A stretch of 20,000 bases of DNA from a bacterium (GTDB lineage: Bacteria > CLD3 > SB21), in NCBI GenBank assembly GCA_013360215.1, contig JABWCP010000006.1, positions 148,711 to 168,710 on the forward strand. Direction: 5' to 3'. How positions within the stretch are numbered: the stretch's first letter is position 1; every line of letters begins with the position of its first letter. The notes under the pieces were generated by a model that searched no databases, was not told the origin of the DNA, and saw only the letters and a list, made by a program, of their open reading frames with translations. The position numbers and the translations under genes are program-made. Shown piece after piece: positions 1 to 9,115 of the stretch.

Positions 1-98
1 GAATAAATCAACTGGTAGGCCCGATCTTACTACAAAGAGCGCTTGATAAAGCCGGAGAAATAAGTAAACCAATTCCTCAAAGCTCTATTTTAAATTAA
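1..98 (+). CDS. C-terminal end (partial) of a probable cation:proton antiporter
   Basis: The frame starting at nt 3 reads INQLVGPILLQRALDKAGEISKPIPQSSILN* with TAA at 96-98. The N(Q/E)xxGPxLxxxALxxAGE pattern resembles the last helix of CPA-family antiporters. Only 31 codons are visible. Confidence 0.55.
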   Translation, partial: INQLVGPILLQRALDKAGEISKPIPQSSILN

Positions 99-125
99 TA
101 GAAGTAAAGATCGTTATAAATTATT

Positions 126-650
126 ATGGCTAAATTTGTCGTTCATATCGCTAAAGAATATTTGAAATTCAGCGCTGCACATTTTACTATTTTCAGTGAC
201 CATGCGTTGGAGATGCTTCACGGGCATAATTACTATGTAAGCCTGGATGTTGAATTTCGGGACAGCGCTAACGGAATCACAATAGATTTTAAACATCTTA
301 AGAAAATCATGGAAGCCTTATGTGACGAATTAGATGAAAAGGTTCTATTGCCATCGGAATCGCCGTATCTAAAGATTGAAAAAAGAACTGACAATTTTTA
401 TGTTGTTTTTCACGGTGAAGGATTTAGAAAAGAGTATCAATTTCCGTGCGAAGATGTAGAAATTCTGCCGGTGAATAATATCAGCTCTGAAATGCTTGCA
501 AAACAATTGTGTGAATCGTTTTGTGAAAAACTAATGCAAACATGGCATCAACTTAAACCCGGTCGTGAAATCCCTGAGACATTAATCGCAATACATGTCG
601 GTGTCGAAGAAACACGAGGCCAAGCCGTCAAATACATTTGGGAGTATTGA
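126..650 (+). CDS. 6-pyruvoyltetrahydropterin synthase (T-fold) family protein, PTPS-III type
   Basis: Contains FSAAHF, EMLHGHNY (Zn-binding His; Glu rather than the QueD CxxxHGH Cys), DFKHLK, SSEMLA and VEETRGQ motifs; 174 aa. Confidence 0.85.
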   Translation: MAKFVVHIAKEYLKFSAAHFTIFSDHALEMLHGHNYYVSLDVEFRDSANGITIDFKHLKKIMEALCDELDEKVLLPSESPYLKIEKRTDNFYVVFHGEGFRKEYQFPCEDVEILPVNNISSEMLAKQLCESFCEKLMQTWHQLKPGREIPETLIAIHVGVEETRGQAVKYIWEY

Positions 651-2192
651 TTGTTAATGGGAAAATTGGATCTTAGAGAATTTGAAAAGACCATATCCGT
701 TCGAACGCTTACGCTTGAGGATTTCGATAAAGTTACCGAATTACAGTTGCGCTGTTTTCCGGGAATGAAACCTTGGTCCTTGGATCAATTTGAAAGTCAA
801 ATTCGTATTTTTTCAGATGGTCAGATATGCGTAGAATATCGTGGCGTATTGGTGGCCTCTTCATCGAGCCTCATACTTGATTTTGATCCATACAAGAACT
901 GGCACAGCTGGAAAGAAATTTCAGACAACGGTTATATTCGAAATCATATGATGACCGGCAACACTCTGTATGGCATCGAGATTATGGTCGATCCGGAATA
1001 TCGCGGACTTCGCCTTGCGCGTCGGTTGTATGAGGCGCGAAAAGCGATCGCACGAAAGTACAACTTAAGAAGCATTATTCTCGGAGGTAGAATTCCCGGT
1101 TATGATAAATATGCTGACCAGATGGATGCCAAGACGTATGTAGAAAAAGTCACGAATAAGGTACTTGTAGATCCGGTTTTGACCACCCAAATTGCAAACG
1201 GATTTGTTATAAAACGCATCATTCCTAACTACTTAATGGCGGACACCGAATCCAGAGGTTATGCTACGTTTCTAGAATGGGTCAATCTTGACTATAAACC
1301 CGATTTTACATTTGATGCGAAAAAGGAAATTGTTCGTATATCGGCAGTGCAATATCAAATGCGAAATATTAACGATTTTGATGATTTTGCCAAACAATGC
1401 GAATATTTTGTTGATGTTGCATCGGATTACCGGTCCGACTTCATTTTGTTTCCTGAAATGTTCACAATGCAATTACTTACATTTTTGCCCAATCTTCGTC
1501 CTGGGCTAGCCGTTAGAAAGTTGGCTGAGTATACTCCTAAGTACCTTGAGTTATTTAATCATCTATCCGTCAAATATAACATAAATATTATTGCAGGTTC
1601 TCACTTCACCGTCGAAAATGAAGATTTGTTTAATATCGCTTATTTATTCCGACGTGACGGTACCATCGGTAAGCAATATAAGCTCCATATTACGCCTAAT
1701 GAGCGAAAATGGTGGGGTGTCAAACCAGGGAATGTACTTGAAGTTTTCGATACCGATTGCGGCAAAATTTCTATACAAATATGTTATGATATTGAGTTTC
1801 CTGAATTAACACGAATAGCTGTTGAAAAAGGAGCTCAGATTGTTTTAGTACCGTTTTGTACCGATGAAAGATATGCATATTTACGTGTGCGTTATTGCGC
1901 CCAAGCAAGATGTGTCGAAAATCAGATATATGCCGTTATTGCAGGTAGCGTGGGTAATCTGCCGCATGTAGAAAATCTGGATATCCACTATGCCCAGTCG
2001 GCTATTTTTACTCCGTCGGACATTCCATTTACGCGCGACGCGATACAAGCCGAAGCTACCCCAAATATTGAGACAGTCATAATTGATGAGATAAATTTAG
2101 CCACGTTGCAGAAAAACAGACAATCGGGAAGCGTTTTGAATTGGAATGATCGTCGCACGGACTTGTTCAATGTGAGTTATCAAGGGGCTTAG
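651..2192 (+). CDS. Bifunctional GNAT N-acetyltransferase / carbon-nitrogen hydrolase (YhcX-like)
   Basis: N-terminal acetyl-CoA motif [16 protein letters not shown]-terminal nitrilase triad E (LFPEMF), K (QYKLHIT), C (ICYDIEFPE). Start is TTG 651 or ATG 657, directly after the upstream stop, with GGGAG at 640-644. Confidence 0.9.
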   Translation: MLMGKLDLREFEKTISVRTLTLEDFDKVTELQLRCFPGMKPWSLDQFESQIRIFSDGQICVEYRGVLVASSSSLILDFDPYKNWHSWKEISDNGYIRNHMMTGNTLYGIEIMVDPEYRGLRLARRLYEARKAIARKYNLRSIILGGRIPGYDKYADQMDAKTYVEKVTNKVLVDPVLTTQIANGFVIKRIIPNYLMADTESRGYATFLEWVNLDYKPDFTFDAKKEIVRISAVQYQMRNINDFDDFAKQCEYFVDVASDYRSDFILFPEMFTMQLLTFLPNLRPGLAVRKLAEYTPKYLELFNHLSVKYNINIIAGSHFTVENEDLFNIAYLFRRDGTIGKQYKLHITPNERKWWGVKPGNVLEVFDTDCGKISIQICYDIEFPELTRIAVEKGAQIVLVPFCTDERYAYLRVRYCAQARCVENQIYAVIAGSVGNLPHVENLDIHYAQSAIFTPSDIPFTRDAIQAEATPNIETVIIDEINLATLQKNRQSGSVLNWNDRRTDLFNVSYQGA

Positions 2193-2249
2193 AATTTTAA
2201 AAAATTATACTTATATTTAAATTAACTATGCAGTAACATAGAGGAATTC

Positions 2250-3317
2250 ATGAAATCCAAGTCGGTCAAGAAAAACAAACCCACGGTAAAAAGGAATAGT
2301 GTAAAATCACAGCCAAAGATGAACGAATCAAAGAGCTCTCTATCCTATCGCGCGCTGGGCTTGACGCCCGACGATTTGCTGCGCATGTACCGGTTGATGA
2401 AACTGACACGCCAGTTTGATCAGGGCATCATACGTCTGTACCGTCAGAATAAAATGATCGGCGGTGCTTATAGCGGATGGGGTAATGAAGCGACGGCCGT
2501 AGGTAGTGCGTATCCGCTTTTGCCGCACGATTATTTGTATCCGATGCATCGCGATATCGGTGCGCATTTTACCAAAGGTCAGTCAGCCAAAGTTTTGATG
2601 CTCAACCATCTTGCCCGTGCGGAAGGCCCGACACGCGGTGTGGACGGTACGGGACATTATTATGATAAAAATCTTCGAATCGTCGGTAATATCAGCCATT
2701 TGGCAGCAATGATACCTCAAGCCGTGGGTACGGCATTGGCGTCCGTAAAGAAAAAAGAAAATGCGGTCGTGATCAATTATGTCGGTGACGGCGGTATGAA
2801 CGTCGGTGAATTTCACGAAGGCCTCAATATGGCCGCGGTATGGAAATTACCCTTTATCCTGATCATCGAAAACAATCAGTACGCGTATTCCACACCCAAT
2901 ACGTTACAGTTTGCTTGCGAAAGTCCAGTGGATCGTGCATTAGGGTATGGCATACCCGGCGTCAAAGTGGATGGTACGGATATTTTGGAAGTGTACCGTG
3001 TTTGTAAAGAAGCGTTTGAACGGGCGCGTCGCGGTGAAGGGCCGACGTTGATCGAATCGGTTACGATGCGTATGCGCGGACATGCCGAACACGACGGCCA
3101 TGAATATTATCCTCCGGGGATCTTGGAAAAATGGGAGAAGAAAGACCCGATCATGCAGTTTGAGAAATTTCTTAAATCGGAGAAATTACTCACCGATAAA
3201 ATGATCGAAGACATTGATACGTCAACCAAACAAGAAATTGATGAAGCGATCGAATATGCCGACAAAGCGCCGTGGCCAGAACCTTCGCAGGCGGCGACGT
3301 GGGTGTACGCGGAATAA
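2250..3317 (+). CDS. TPP-dependent 2-oxoacid dehydrogenase E1 alpha subunit (paralog 1)
   Basis: TPP motif GDGGMNVGEFHEGLNMAAVWKLP...ENN, RMRGHAEHD loop and KDPI motif; RBS GAGGA at 2241-2245; Lys-rich N-terminal extension. Confidence 0.92.
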   Translation: MKSKSVKKNKPTVKRNSVKSQPKMNESKSSLSYRALGLTPDDLLRMYRLMKLTRQFDQGIIRLYRQNKMIGGAYSGWGNEATAVGSAYPLLPHDYLYPMHRDIGAHFTKGQSAKVLMLNHLARAEGPTRGVDGTGHYYDKNLRIVGNISHLAAMIPQAVGTALASVKKKENAVVINYVGDGGMNVGEFHEGLNMAAVWKLPFILIIENNQYAYSTPNTLQFACESPVDRALGYGIPGVKVDGTDILEVYRVCKEAFERARRGEGPTLIESVTMRMRGHAEHDGHEYYPPGILEKWEKKDPIMQFEKFLKSEKLLTDKMIEDIDTSTKQEIDEAIEYADKAPWPEPSQAATWVYAE

Positions 3318-3356
3318 TTAAATCCTAATATTAACATTGGTAAAAAATACTTACGC

Positions 3357-4385
3357 ATGACCGGTCAAAGTAAAACAACGACAAAACCATACGCTCATTC
3401 GACGGAACTGGATCTGAAAAAATACGAGCCGACCAAAGAGCAGATGAAAGAAATGTACTATTTTATCATGCTCAATCGCGCGTTCGATGATCGCATCGCC
3501 AAACTTTACCGCCAAGGTAAAATCATCGGAGCCGCTTACGGCAGCCGCGGGCAGGAAGCCACCAGCGTGGGTTCGACGTATGCGTTGGGTCCGGATGATA
3601 TCGTCGGGCCGATTATTCGAAATGCGGGCTCCATCATCGTGCGCGGGCTACCGGTTAAAAATTTCTTATCTAATTTTGTCGGTCGTTCGACCACTCCGAC
3701 GCGCGGTCGCGATGGCAATTCGCACTTAGGTGATTTGAATATGGGCGTCTTCGCTCCGATTTCACATTTGGGGAGTCTGATCAGCAATATCGCCGGTTGT
3801 GCACTGGCATTCAAAATGAAAAACGAACCGCGTGTGGCGCTGACCTATATCGGGGACGGAGGTACGTCCACAGCCGAGTTTCACGAAGGTATGAATATGG
3901 CCGCCGTGATGAAATTACCTTTTATTTGTATTATCGAAAATAATAATTGGGCGTATTCGACACCGACGCGAACTCAAGCGATGATCAAAGATTTTGCTAT
4001 CAAAGGCAAAGCTTACGGCATGGAGGCCATCGTCGTGGACGGCAATGATGTTTTCGAGGTGTTTCGTACGACACGGTACGCGGCCGAACGCTGTCGAAAA
4101 GGTATGGGGCCTATTTTGATCGAAGCGAAAACCATGCGCATGAAAGGTCATGCGGAGCACGATGATGCGTTTTATGTTCCCAAAGAACAATTTACAGAAT
4201 GGCAGAAAAAAGACCCGATCGCGCGTGCAGAAACGTATCTTTTGGATAAAAAATACATGACCGCAACTGAAAATGAGGCCTTAAAACAACGTGTGGCGAA
4301 AGATATGGAAGAAGCGGAAGAATTTGCACTTAATGCGCCGTTTCCAGCCATGGAAGAAGCGGTGACCGGAGTATACGCTGATTAA
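3357..4385 (+). CDS. TPP-dependent 2-oxoacid dehydrogenase E1 alpha subunit (paralog 2)
   Basis: TPP motif GDGGTSTAEFHEGMNMAAVMKLP...ENN, RMKGHAEHD and KDPI; colinear with paralog 1. Confidence 0.92.
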   Translation: MTGQSKTTTKPYAHSTELDLKKYEPTKEQMKEMYYFIMLNRAFDDRIAKLYRQGKIIGAAYGSRGQEATSVGSTYALGPDDIVGPIIRNAGSIIVRGLPVKNFLSNFVGRSTTPTRGRDGNSHLGDLNMGVFAPISHLGSLISNIAGCALAFKMKNEPRVALTYIGDGGTSTAEFHEGMNMAAVMKLPFICIIENNNWAYSTPTRTQAMIKDFAIKGKAYGMEAIVVDGNDVFEVFRTTRYAAERCRKGMGPILIEAKTMRMKGHAEHDDAFYVPKEQFTEWQKKDPIARAETYLLDKKYMTATENEALKQRVAKDMEEAEEFALNAPFPAMEEAVTGVYAD

Positions 4386-4397
4386 GGAGGAGAGACG

Positions 4398-5723
4398 ATG
4401 AAAAAATTAATTCTATTATTTGTTTTGTTCGTTCATTCGACATTTGCTCAAACATCATTTGCCATTATCCCTTTCACGGGAACCGCCGATGTAGGTGTTA
4501 ATGATCGCGAAGCTTTTGTTAGCGGGCTTTATCAAGGGATGACGAATAGCGGGCGTTACCGTATCGTCGATCGCAACCTGATCGAACAAGTATTGAAAGA
4601 ACAAAATTTTCAACTGAGTGACTTAACGGAACAGAAAAAAGTTATCGAATTCGGAAAAATTGCCGGGGCTGAAAAAATTATAACCGGTAAAATGTTCAGA
4701 TATTCGTCGACACAACCGGCAATTACATTTTCCGTGATTGATGTTTCAACCAGTCAGGTTGAGTTTTCCAAAGAAATCACATATAACAATTATACGTTTT
4801 CTAACCTAAGCAGTTTTTTGGTATCGCAGTTAATTGATAAGTATCCGCTGGTCGGTAAAGTGCTTGGTAAATCCGGAGATGTCTATATCATCAACATCGG
4901 ACTCAATCAGAATATCAAAAACGGAACGCGCATTTTTGTGGCTAGAAATAATGTCCTCAAAGGTGATGACGGTGAAATTTTGATGGAAGAGTATAAGCGC
5001 GTCGGTATTTTAGAGGTGACATTAGCCGACAAAGCGCGTTCGCAATGCAAGCTACGCAGTTTGGTTGAAAGCAATGTTATCATTCAAAAAGACGATATGA
5101 TTTCTCCGGATCCGATACCGGAGCGACCGGCACTTGTTTCGGATAAGCCTTTTTGGACTGGTTATTCAAAAGGCGAGCTGCTTTTAGATGATGATATGAG
5201 TAAAAAGCAGTATCTATCTGTAACGAGCGCTATGGGCGAAACCTACAAAGATGGACGGCTTTTTATCAATACGACACATTTGAATTCCGGTCATGGGTAC
5301 TGCTATTATCCGGCACCTTTTGACGCCGTGGGAGATTTTGTATGCGAAGCAGAAATTACGTTTGAAAAAAACACTGAAAAGTATAATAGGGTAACTTTTA
5401 TATTTAGAAATGTCGGTGCGTACGGCGAAGGAAACGGTTATTCGTTATACTTTACTAATGACGGTTCTTACCAAATGGATTATATGCGTAACGGGTTTTT
5501 GTTCCCGATTATCAAATTTACTTCAACCCCTACATTGAAACGTGGCACGTCAAAAAATATATTGCGCGTCGTAGCCAAAGGCTCAAAATTTGATCTTTAT
5601 TTCAATGATCAGTTTTTAGCTGCATTTGAGCATGAGGCAATAGAAAAAGGCGGTTTTGGAATTTGGTCCGGGCAGGGAAGTCACGTATCCGTGGACAATA
5701 TCAAAATCTGGAATATTAAATAA
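4398..5723 (+). CDS. Secreted hypothetical protein with CsgG/HfaB-like N-domain, FlgT-C-like middle domain and DUF1080/LamG-like beta-sandwich C-domain
   Basis: Strong RBS AAGGAGG; signal peptide MKKLILLFVLFVHSTFA|Q. Domain cues: YRIVDRNLIEQVLKEQ...GKIAGAEKIITG (CsgG-like), GKVLGKSGDVYIINIG..QNIKNG (FlgT-C-like), LRVVAKGSKFDLYFND...GGFG...VDNIKIW (DUF1080-like). Domain calls are by eye. Confidence 0.65.
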   Translation: MKKLILLFVLFVHSTFAQTSFAIIPFTGTADVGVNDREAFVSGLYQGMTNSGRYRIVDRNLIEQVLKEQNFQLSDLTEQKKVIEFGKIAGAEKIITGKMFRYSSTQPAITFSVIDVSTSQVEFSKEITYNNYTFSNLSSFLVSQLIDKYPLVGKVLGKSGDVYIINIGLNQNIKNGTRIFVARNNVLKGDDGEILMEEYKRVGILEVTLADKARSQCKLRSLVESNVIIQKDDMISPDPIPERPALVSDKPFWTGYSKGELLLDDDMSKKQYLSVTSAMGETYKDGRLFINTTHLNSGHGYCYYPAPFDAVGDFVCEAEITFEKNTEKYNRVTFIFRNVGAYGEGNGYSLYFTNDGSYQMDYMRNGFLFPIIKFTSTPTLKRGTSKNILRVVAKGSKFDLYFNDQFLAAFEHEAIEKGGFGIWSGQGSHVSVDNIKIWNIK

Positions 5724-5739
5724 AACTCCTTATTTAATA
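5714..5739. terminator. AT-rich inverted repeat between convergent genes, possible bidirectional terminator
   Basis: TATTAAATAA (5714-5723), loop AACTCC, TTATTTAATA (5730-5739): a perfect 10-bp stem overlapping the + strand stop and lying just past the - strand stop. Confidence 0.45.
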
Positions 5740-5744
5740 CAAGA

Positions 5745-6920
5745 TCAGCAGCAGCCATCCGGCCCACAACAGGCTTCGCTCAGAATAGTTTCATTGTAAT
5801 CCATACCTTTAGTTTCGCGCGCGTGACGGCGAGCATTCTTATTGCAATTAAAGAATTTTGCCGATTCTAAAGAAATAATCTCTTTAGGACTTACCGCAAA
5901 AATATCATTGGCGTACGGCCCTTTTTCCCGCGTATAAATGCCAAATGTTTTATCACACACGGCCATACGCTCCCCACGAAAAAGTGTATGTCCGTCATCA
6001 TCTATAACGGCTTTCCAAGGACCTTTATAGATCACGGCTTGTTGGCGTTCAAGGCAAGGACCTTCTTTTCCTTTGTAACCGATCACGGTGACCGAACGGT
6101 ATTCGATACCTTCCACCACTTGCCATGGTGAGGTTTCCCATTTGTCTAAACTAATACCGTAGAACCCCGCTTTTTCAAAAGCTTTCAAAAATTCATCCTC
6201 ACGAAATGCACCGGAGATACAGCCGCTCCAGAGTTCTGGGTTATTTTTCTGATGAAGCGGTATGTCTTCATCAGAGACTATATCCGATATAGCAAAGCGG
6301 CCGCCTGGTTTCAAAACGCGATATATTTCGGCGATGAGATTTTGACGGTCTTCTTCCCGGACAAGATTGAGTACACAATTGGACAAAACGACATCCACGG
6401 AATTGTCGTGAATCATCGGCCGTTGGTTGCGAAGTTCTTCTGTAAATAATTCCAAACGTTGCAAATCATCACCGTGTTGGATAGGGTTTTGACGCACATA
6501 AGCATCGAGCGCATCCCAATCCAATTTCAAATCCTGTATTTTTCCTCGATGAAATGTAACATTGGTATAACCCAGTTTTTGTCCGATAGGATCTTTGTAC
6601 TTGCGGGCTAAAGCTAACATTTCGGAGTTCATATCGACGCCGAGTACACGCCCTTCGGAACCTACGATTTGCGCGGCGATATAACAGATTTTTCCACCGC
6701 CGCTGCCCAAGTCCAATACCGTTTCTCCGGGGCGCACATAACGCGAGGGGTCGCCGCAACCGTAGTCACGATCAAGGATTTCCTGAGGTAAAATTTGAAG
6801 ATATTTTGAATCGTATGAAACAGGACAACATAAAGAGGCAACGGTCGTGCGTGCGCCTTCGGTATATCGTTCGGTTACCGCTTTTTCCACATTGAGTGCG
6901 AGTTCGTCGTTAGCAGACAT
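5745..6920 (-). CDS. arsM: As(III) S-adenosylmethionine methyltransferase, ArsM/AS3MT-like
   Basis: SAM motif VLDLGSGGG; conserved ArsM Cys positions LCCP, YGCG, SNCVLNL and WSGCISGA; C-terminal domain ending CCGPDGCC. ATG at 6920 follows GGGAGAG and is preferred over the ORF-track start at 6935. Confidence 0.8.
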   Translation of the reverse strand: MSANDELALNVEKAVTERYTEGARTTVASLCCPVSYDSKYLQILPQEILDRDYGCGDPSRYVRPGETVLDLGSGGGKICYIAAQIVGSEGRVLGVDMNSEMLALARKYKDPIGQKLGYTNVTFHRGKIQDLKLDWDALDAYVRQNPIQHGDDLQRLELFTEELRNQRPMIHDNSVDVVLSNCVLNLVREEDRQNLIAEIYRVLKPGGRFAISDIVSDEDIPLHQKNNPELWSGCISGAFREDEFLKAFEKAGFYGISLDKWETSPWQVVEGIEYRSVTVIGYKGKEGPCLERQQAVIYKGPWKAVIDDDGHTLFRGERMAVCDKTFGIYTREKGPYANDIFAVSPKEIISLESAKFFNCNKNARRHARETKGMDYNETILSEACCGPDGCC

Positions 6921-6939
6921 GCTTAGCTCTCCCAAAAAA

Positions 6940-8055
6940 TTATTGAATCAAATAATAAATGCAAGCTGCGATAACAGCAGCTATGGGTAGTGTTAACGCC
7001 CATGAAAGAACGACTTGCCCTATCACTTTGAAATCGGCTTGACCGGTAATAATGCCTATTCCGGAAATAGCGCCTACGGACACATGGGTAGTGGATACAG
7101 GCAAACCCCACCGACTTGCAAAAATAACAAGAAATCCCGTGACAAGATTGGCCGTCAGTCCCTGGCCGTGGTTCATAGATGTGATTTTTTTACTCATAGT
7201 ACGCGCTACTTTGCGGGCATTGAGTAAACCGCCGATGGCCATAGCTATTGCGATGGCTACCATGGACCACTCGATGCGCATAATCTGCGCAGCAAAAACA
7301 AGCCCGACGATTTTAGGTGTATCGTTGAGACCGCGTGCAAAGCTAACCATAGCCGCGCTTAGATAATGAAGTACGTCCACCAGGCGCTGCGCTGAAATGC
7401 CCATCACGGCGCCGCCGTATCGTCTTTGGCAGGAAACTTCATCGCCAACAGTAATTTCAGGCAGGGTCACGGTCTGAAACGAAAGAGCATGCGCGGGTCG
7501 AGGGGTAGGTATGACGGTTTGGCAGGTTCCAACGCAAATGCAGTGTTCTTCTCGAATACCAGCCCAAATCCGAATTTGACGAAATATTACATAGACAATC
7601 GCGGCAACGACTACGGAAACCAACGGACTAATTAACAGAGGTATAAAAAAGGTTGAACCTAATTTTTCTGTATTTAATTGGGAACCTACAGCGAGGAAAC
7701 CTGCGCCGGTAAGCGCACCGGTTAGGCCGTGTGTCGTCGAAATGGGAAATCCGAAAAATGAAGCGATGAGAACCGTTAAACCGGCGCCAAGAGCTACTGC
7801 GGTTAAAAATTCGGGAGTAACTGTCAATGTATCCGGCACAAGCCCTTTACCTGAAAAATTACTCACGAGTGATTGAGCAATAAAAATCGAACATACCGAA
7901 CCCGCAAAGGTAGTGACGGTCGCGAGCCCAATCGAGGCTTTATATCCTAGTGCTTTACTGCCGTAGAGCGTTGCAACACCTTTAAAATTATCATTTGCAC
8001 CGTTGCTGTACGCGACAAAAAGCGCTCCGGCAAAAAGCAGTACGATCATCGCCAT
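6940..8055 (-). CDS. PiT/CysP-family inorganic anion transporter with atypical signature and Cys-rich loop
   Basis: PiT repeats NGANDNFKGVAT...PISTTH and RGLNDTPK...PVSTTH...SWALTLP; highly hydrophobic; loop HCICVGTC...SC. Confidence 0.88.
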   Translation of the reverse strand: MAMIVLLFAGALFVAYSNGANDNFKGVATLYGSKALGYKASIGLATVTTFAGSVCSIFIAQSLVSNFSGKGLVPDTLTVTPEFLTAVALGAGLTVLIASFFGFPISTTHGLTGALTGAGFLAVGSQLNTEKLGSTFFIPLLISPLVSVVVAAIVYVIFRQIRIWAGIREEHCICVGTCQTVIPTPRPAHALSFQTVTLPEITVGDEVSCQRRYGGAVMGISAQRLVDVLHYLSAAMVSFARGLNDTPKIVGLVFAAQIMRIEWSMVAIAIAMAIGGLLNARKVARTMSKKITSMNHGQGLTANLVTGFLVIFASRWGLPVSTTHVSVGAISGIGIITGQADFKVIGQVVLSWALTLPIAAVIAACIYYLIQ

Positions 8056-8093
8056 TTTTATGCCCTAATTAATTTCAAGTTATTTATTTTGAA

Positions 8094-9110
8094 TTATGCC
8101 GTTGTCCCGCCGCAACTGCTGCCCGCCCCCGCCGTACATCCGAAACAATGCGATGCAAAAAGGATAGTGCGATTTCGTATTCTCGTCGCATCAAAATTGA
8201 AAACGCTAAGCGGTTCGTGATCATGGGATTGCATGCCGAGCATTTGGTTGAAATCGCAATCGTAGATTTTTCCGTCATAACTCACACTGATCAGAGTTCG
8301 GCACATGATACCTTGCGCCGCGCCGGGATTAAATGCATTTATTAACTTCATCATGTATTCGTCGTATTTGCCCGTACGCTCAAGATCTTCCCGAAAGCGA
8401 TGGATCGGCATATTGGTGATCGTAAATAGATTATTGAAGTGAATTCCGAATTTGTCATGCAAACTGCGTTTATAGTCCGCCTCCAACGCTCCTTGAGCAG
8501 CGGGAAGGTATGTACCGACGGGGTTGTACACTAAGTTGAGCACAAGGCCTGAACCGTCTTTTCCAAAACCCAGCGCATTGAGATTTTTTAACGCCGCGAT
8601 GCTTTTATTAAAAACGCCCCGCCCGCGTTGCTTATCCGTAAAATATTCCTCATAAAAAGGTAGCGATGAAATCACTTCAATCCCGTGATCGGCGAAAAAC
8701 TGCGGCAGGTGCGTCATCGGTTGTTTGGTCAGAGGATGAGGGTCCTGCGATACGGTGAGGTTATGCCGAACCATGACGTGTTTTCCCATTCGTCGCGCTT
8801 CGGTAACCAAAAACTCAAAATGCGGATTAAGTTCCGGGGCGCCGCCGGTAATATCGAGGTTTTTTATTTCGTCATGCGCCGCAAGTATCGCCAAACAGCG
8901 ATCTACGGTAGGGCGATCCATTTGCTCGGTGCGCTTGGGTGAAGCATCCACGTGGCAATGACGGCAGGCCTGATTGCACAGTTTGGTTATATTGACTTGC
9001 AACGTATGAATGCCGAGCGGCGGTAATGTCAACTCATGCTCACGCAGTTTTTCATGAAAAGAATATTTCATATCGGCCGGAGATATCGGCAATATTTGTG
9101 GCAGTTGCAT
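8094..9110 (-). CDS. arsS: Arsenosugar biosynthesis radical SAM protein ArsS
   Basis: LQVNITKLCNQACRHCHVDASP (CxxxCxxC), DITGGAPELNP, LNLVYNP, NMPIHRF, MCRTLISVSYDGKIYDCDFNQML and the C-terminal HCFGCTAGAGSSCGG, all typical of the ArsS family. Confidence 0.9.
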   Translation of the reverse strand: MQLPQILPISPADMKYSFHEKLREHELTLPPLGIHTLQVNITKLCNQACRHCHVDASPKRTEQMDRPTVDRCLAILAAHDEIKNLDITGGAPELNPHFEFLVTEARRMGKHVMVRHNLTVSQDPHPLTKQPMTHLPQFFADHGIEVISSLPFYEEYFTDKQRGRGVFNKSIAALKNLNALGFGKDGSGLVLNLVYNPVGTYLPAAQGALEADYKRSLHDKFGIHFNNLFTITNMPIHRFREDLERTGKYDEYMMKLINAFNPGAAQGIMCRTLISVSYDGKIYDCDFNQMLGMQSHDHEPLSVFNFDATRIRNRTILFASHCFGCTAGAGSSCGGTTA

Positions 9111-9115
9111 AATTT

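Noticed and set aside
126-650. queD (queuosine) assignment
   Set aside because: There is no CxxxHGH catalytic Cys and no queC/queE/queF gene nearby.
2800-3950. Similar DNA segments in the two E1-alpha genes as a recent repeat or assembly artefact
   Set aside because: Identity is limited to short conserved-motif codons and the proteins are clearly diverged, consistent with an old duplication.
8094-8130. ArsS as a selenoprotein
   Set aside because: The C-terminal GSSCGG position is encoded by TGC (Cys), there is no in-frame TGA and the stop is TAA.
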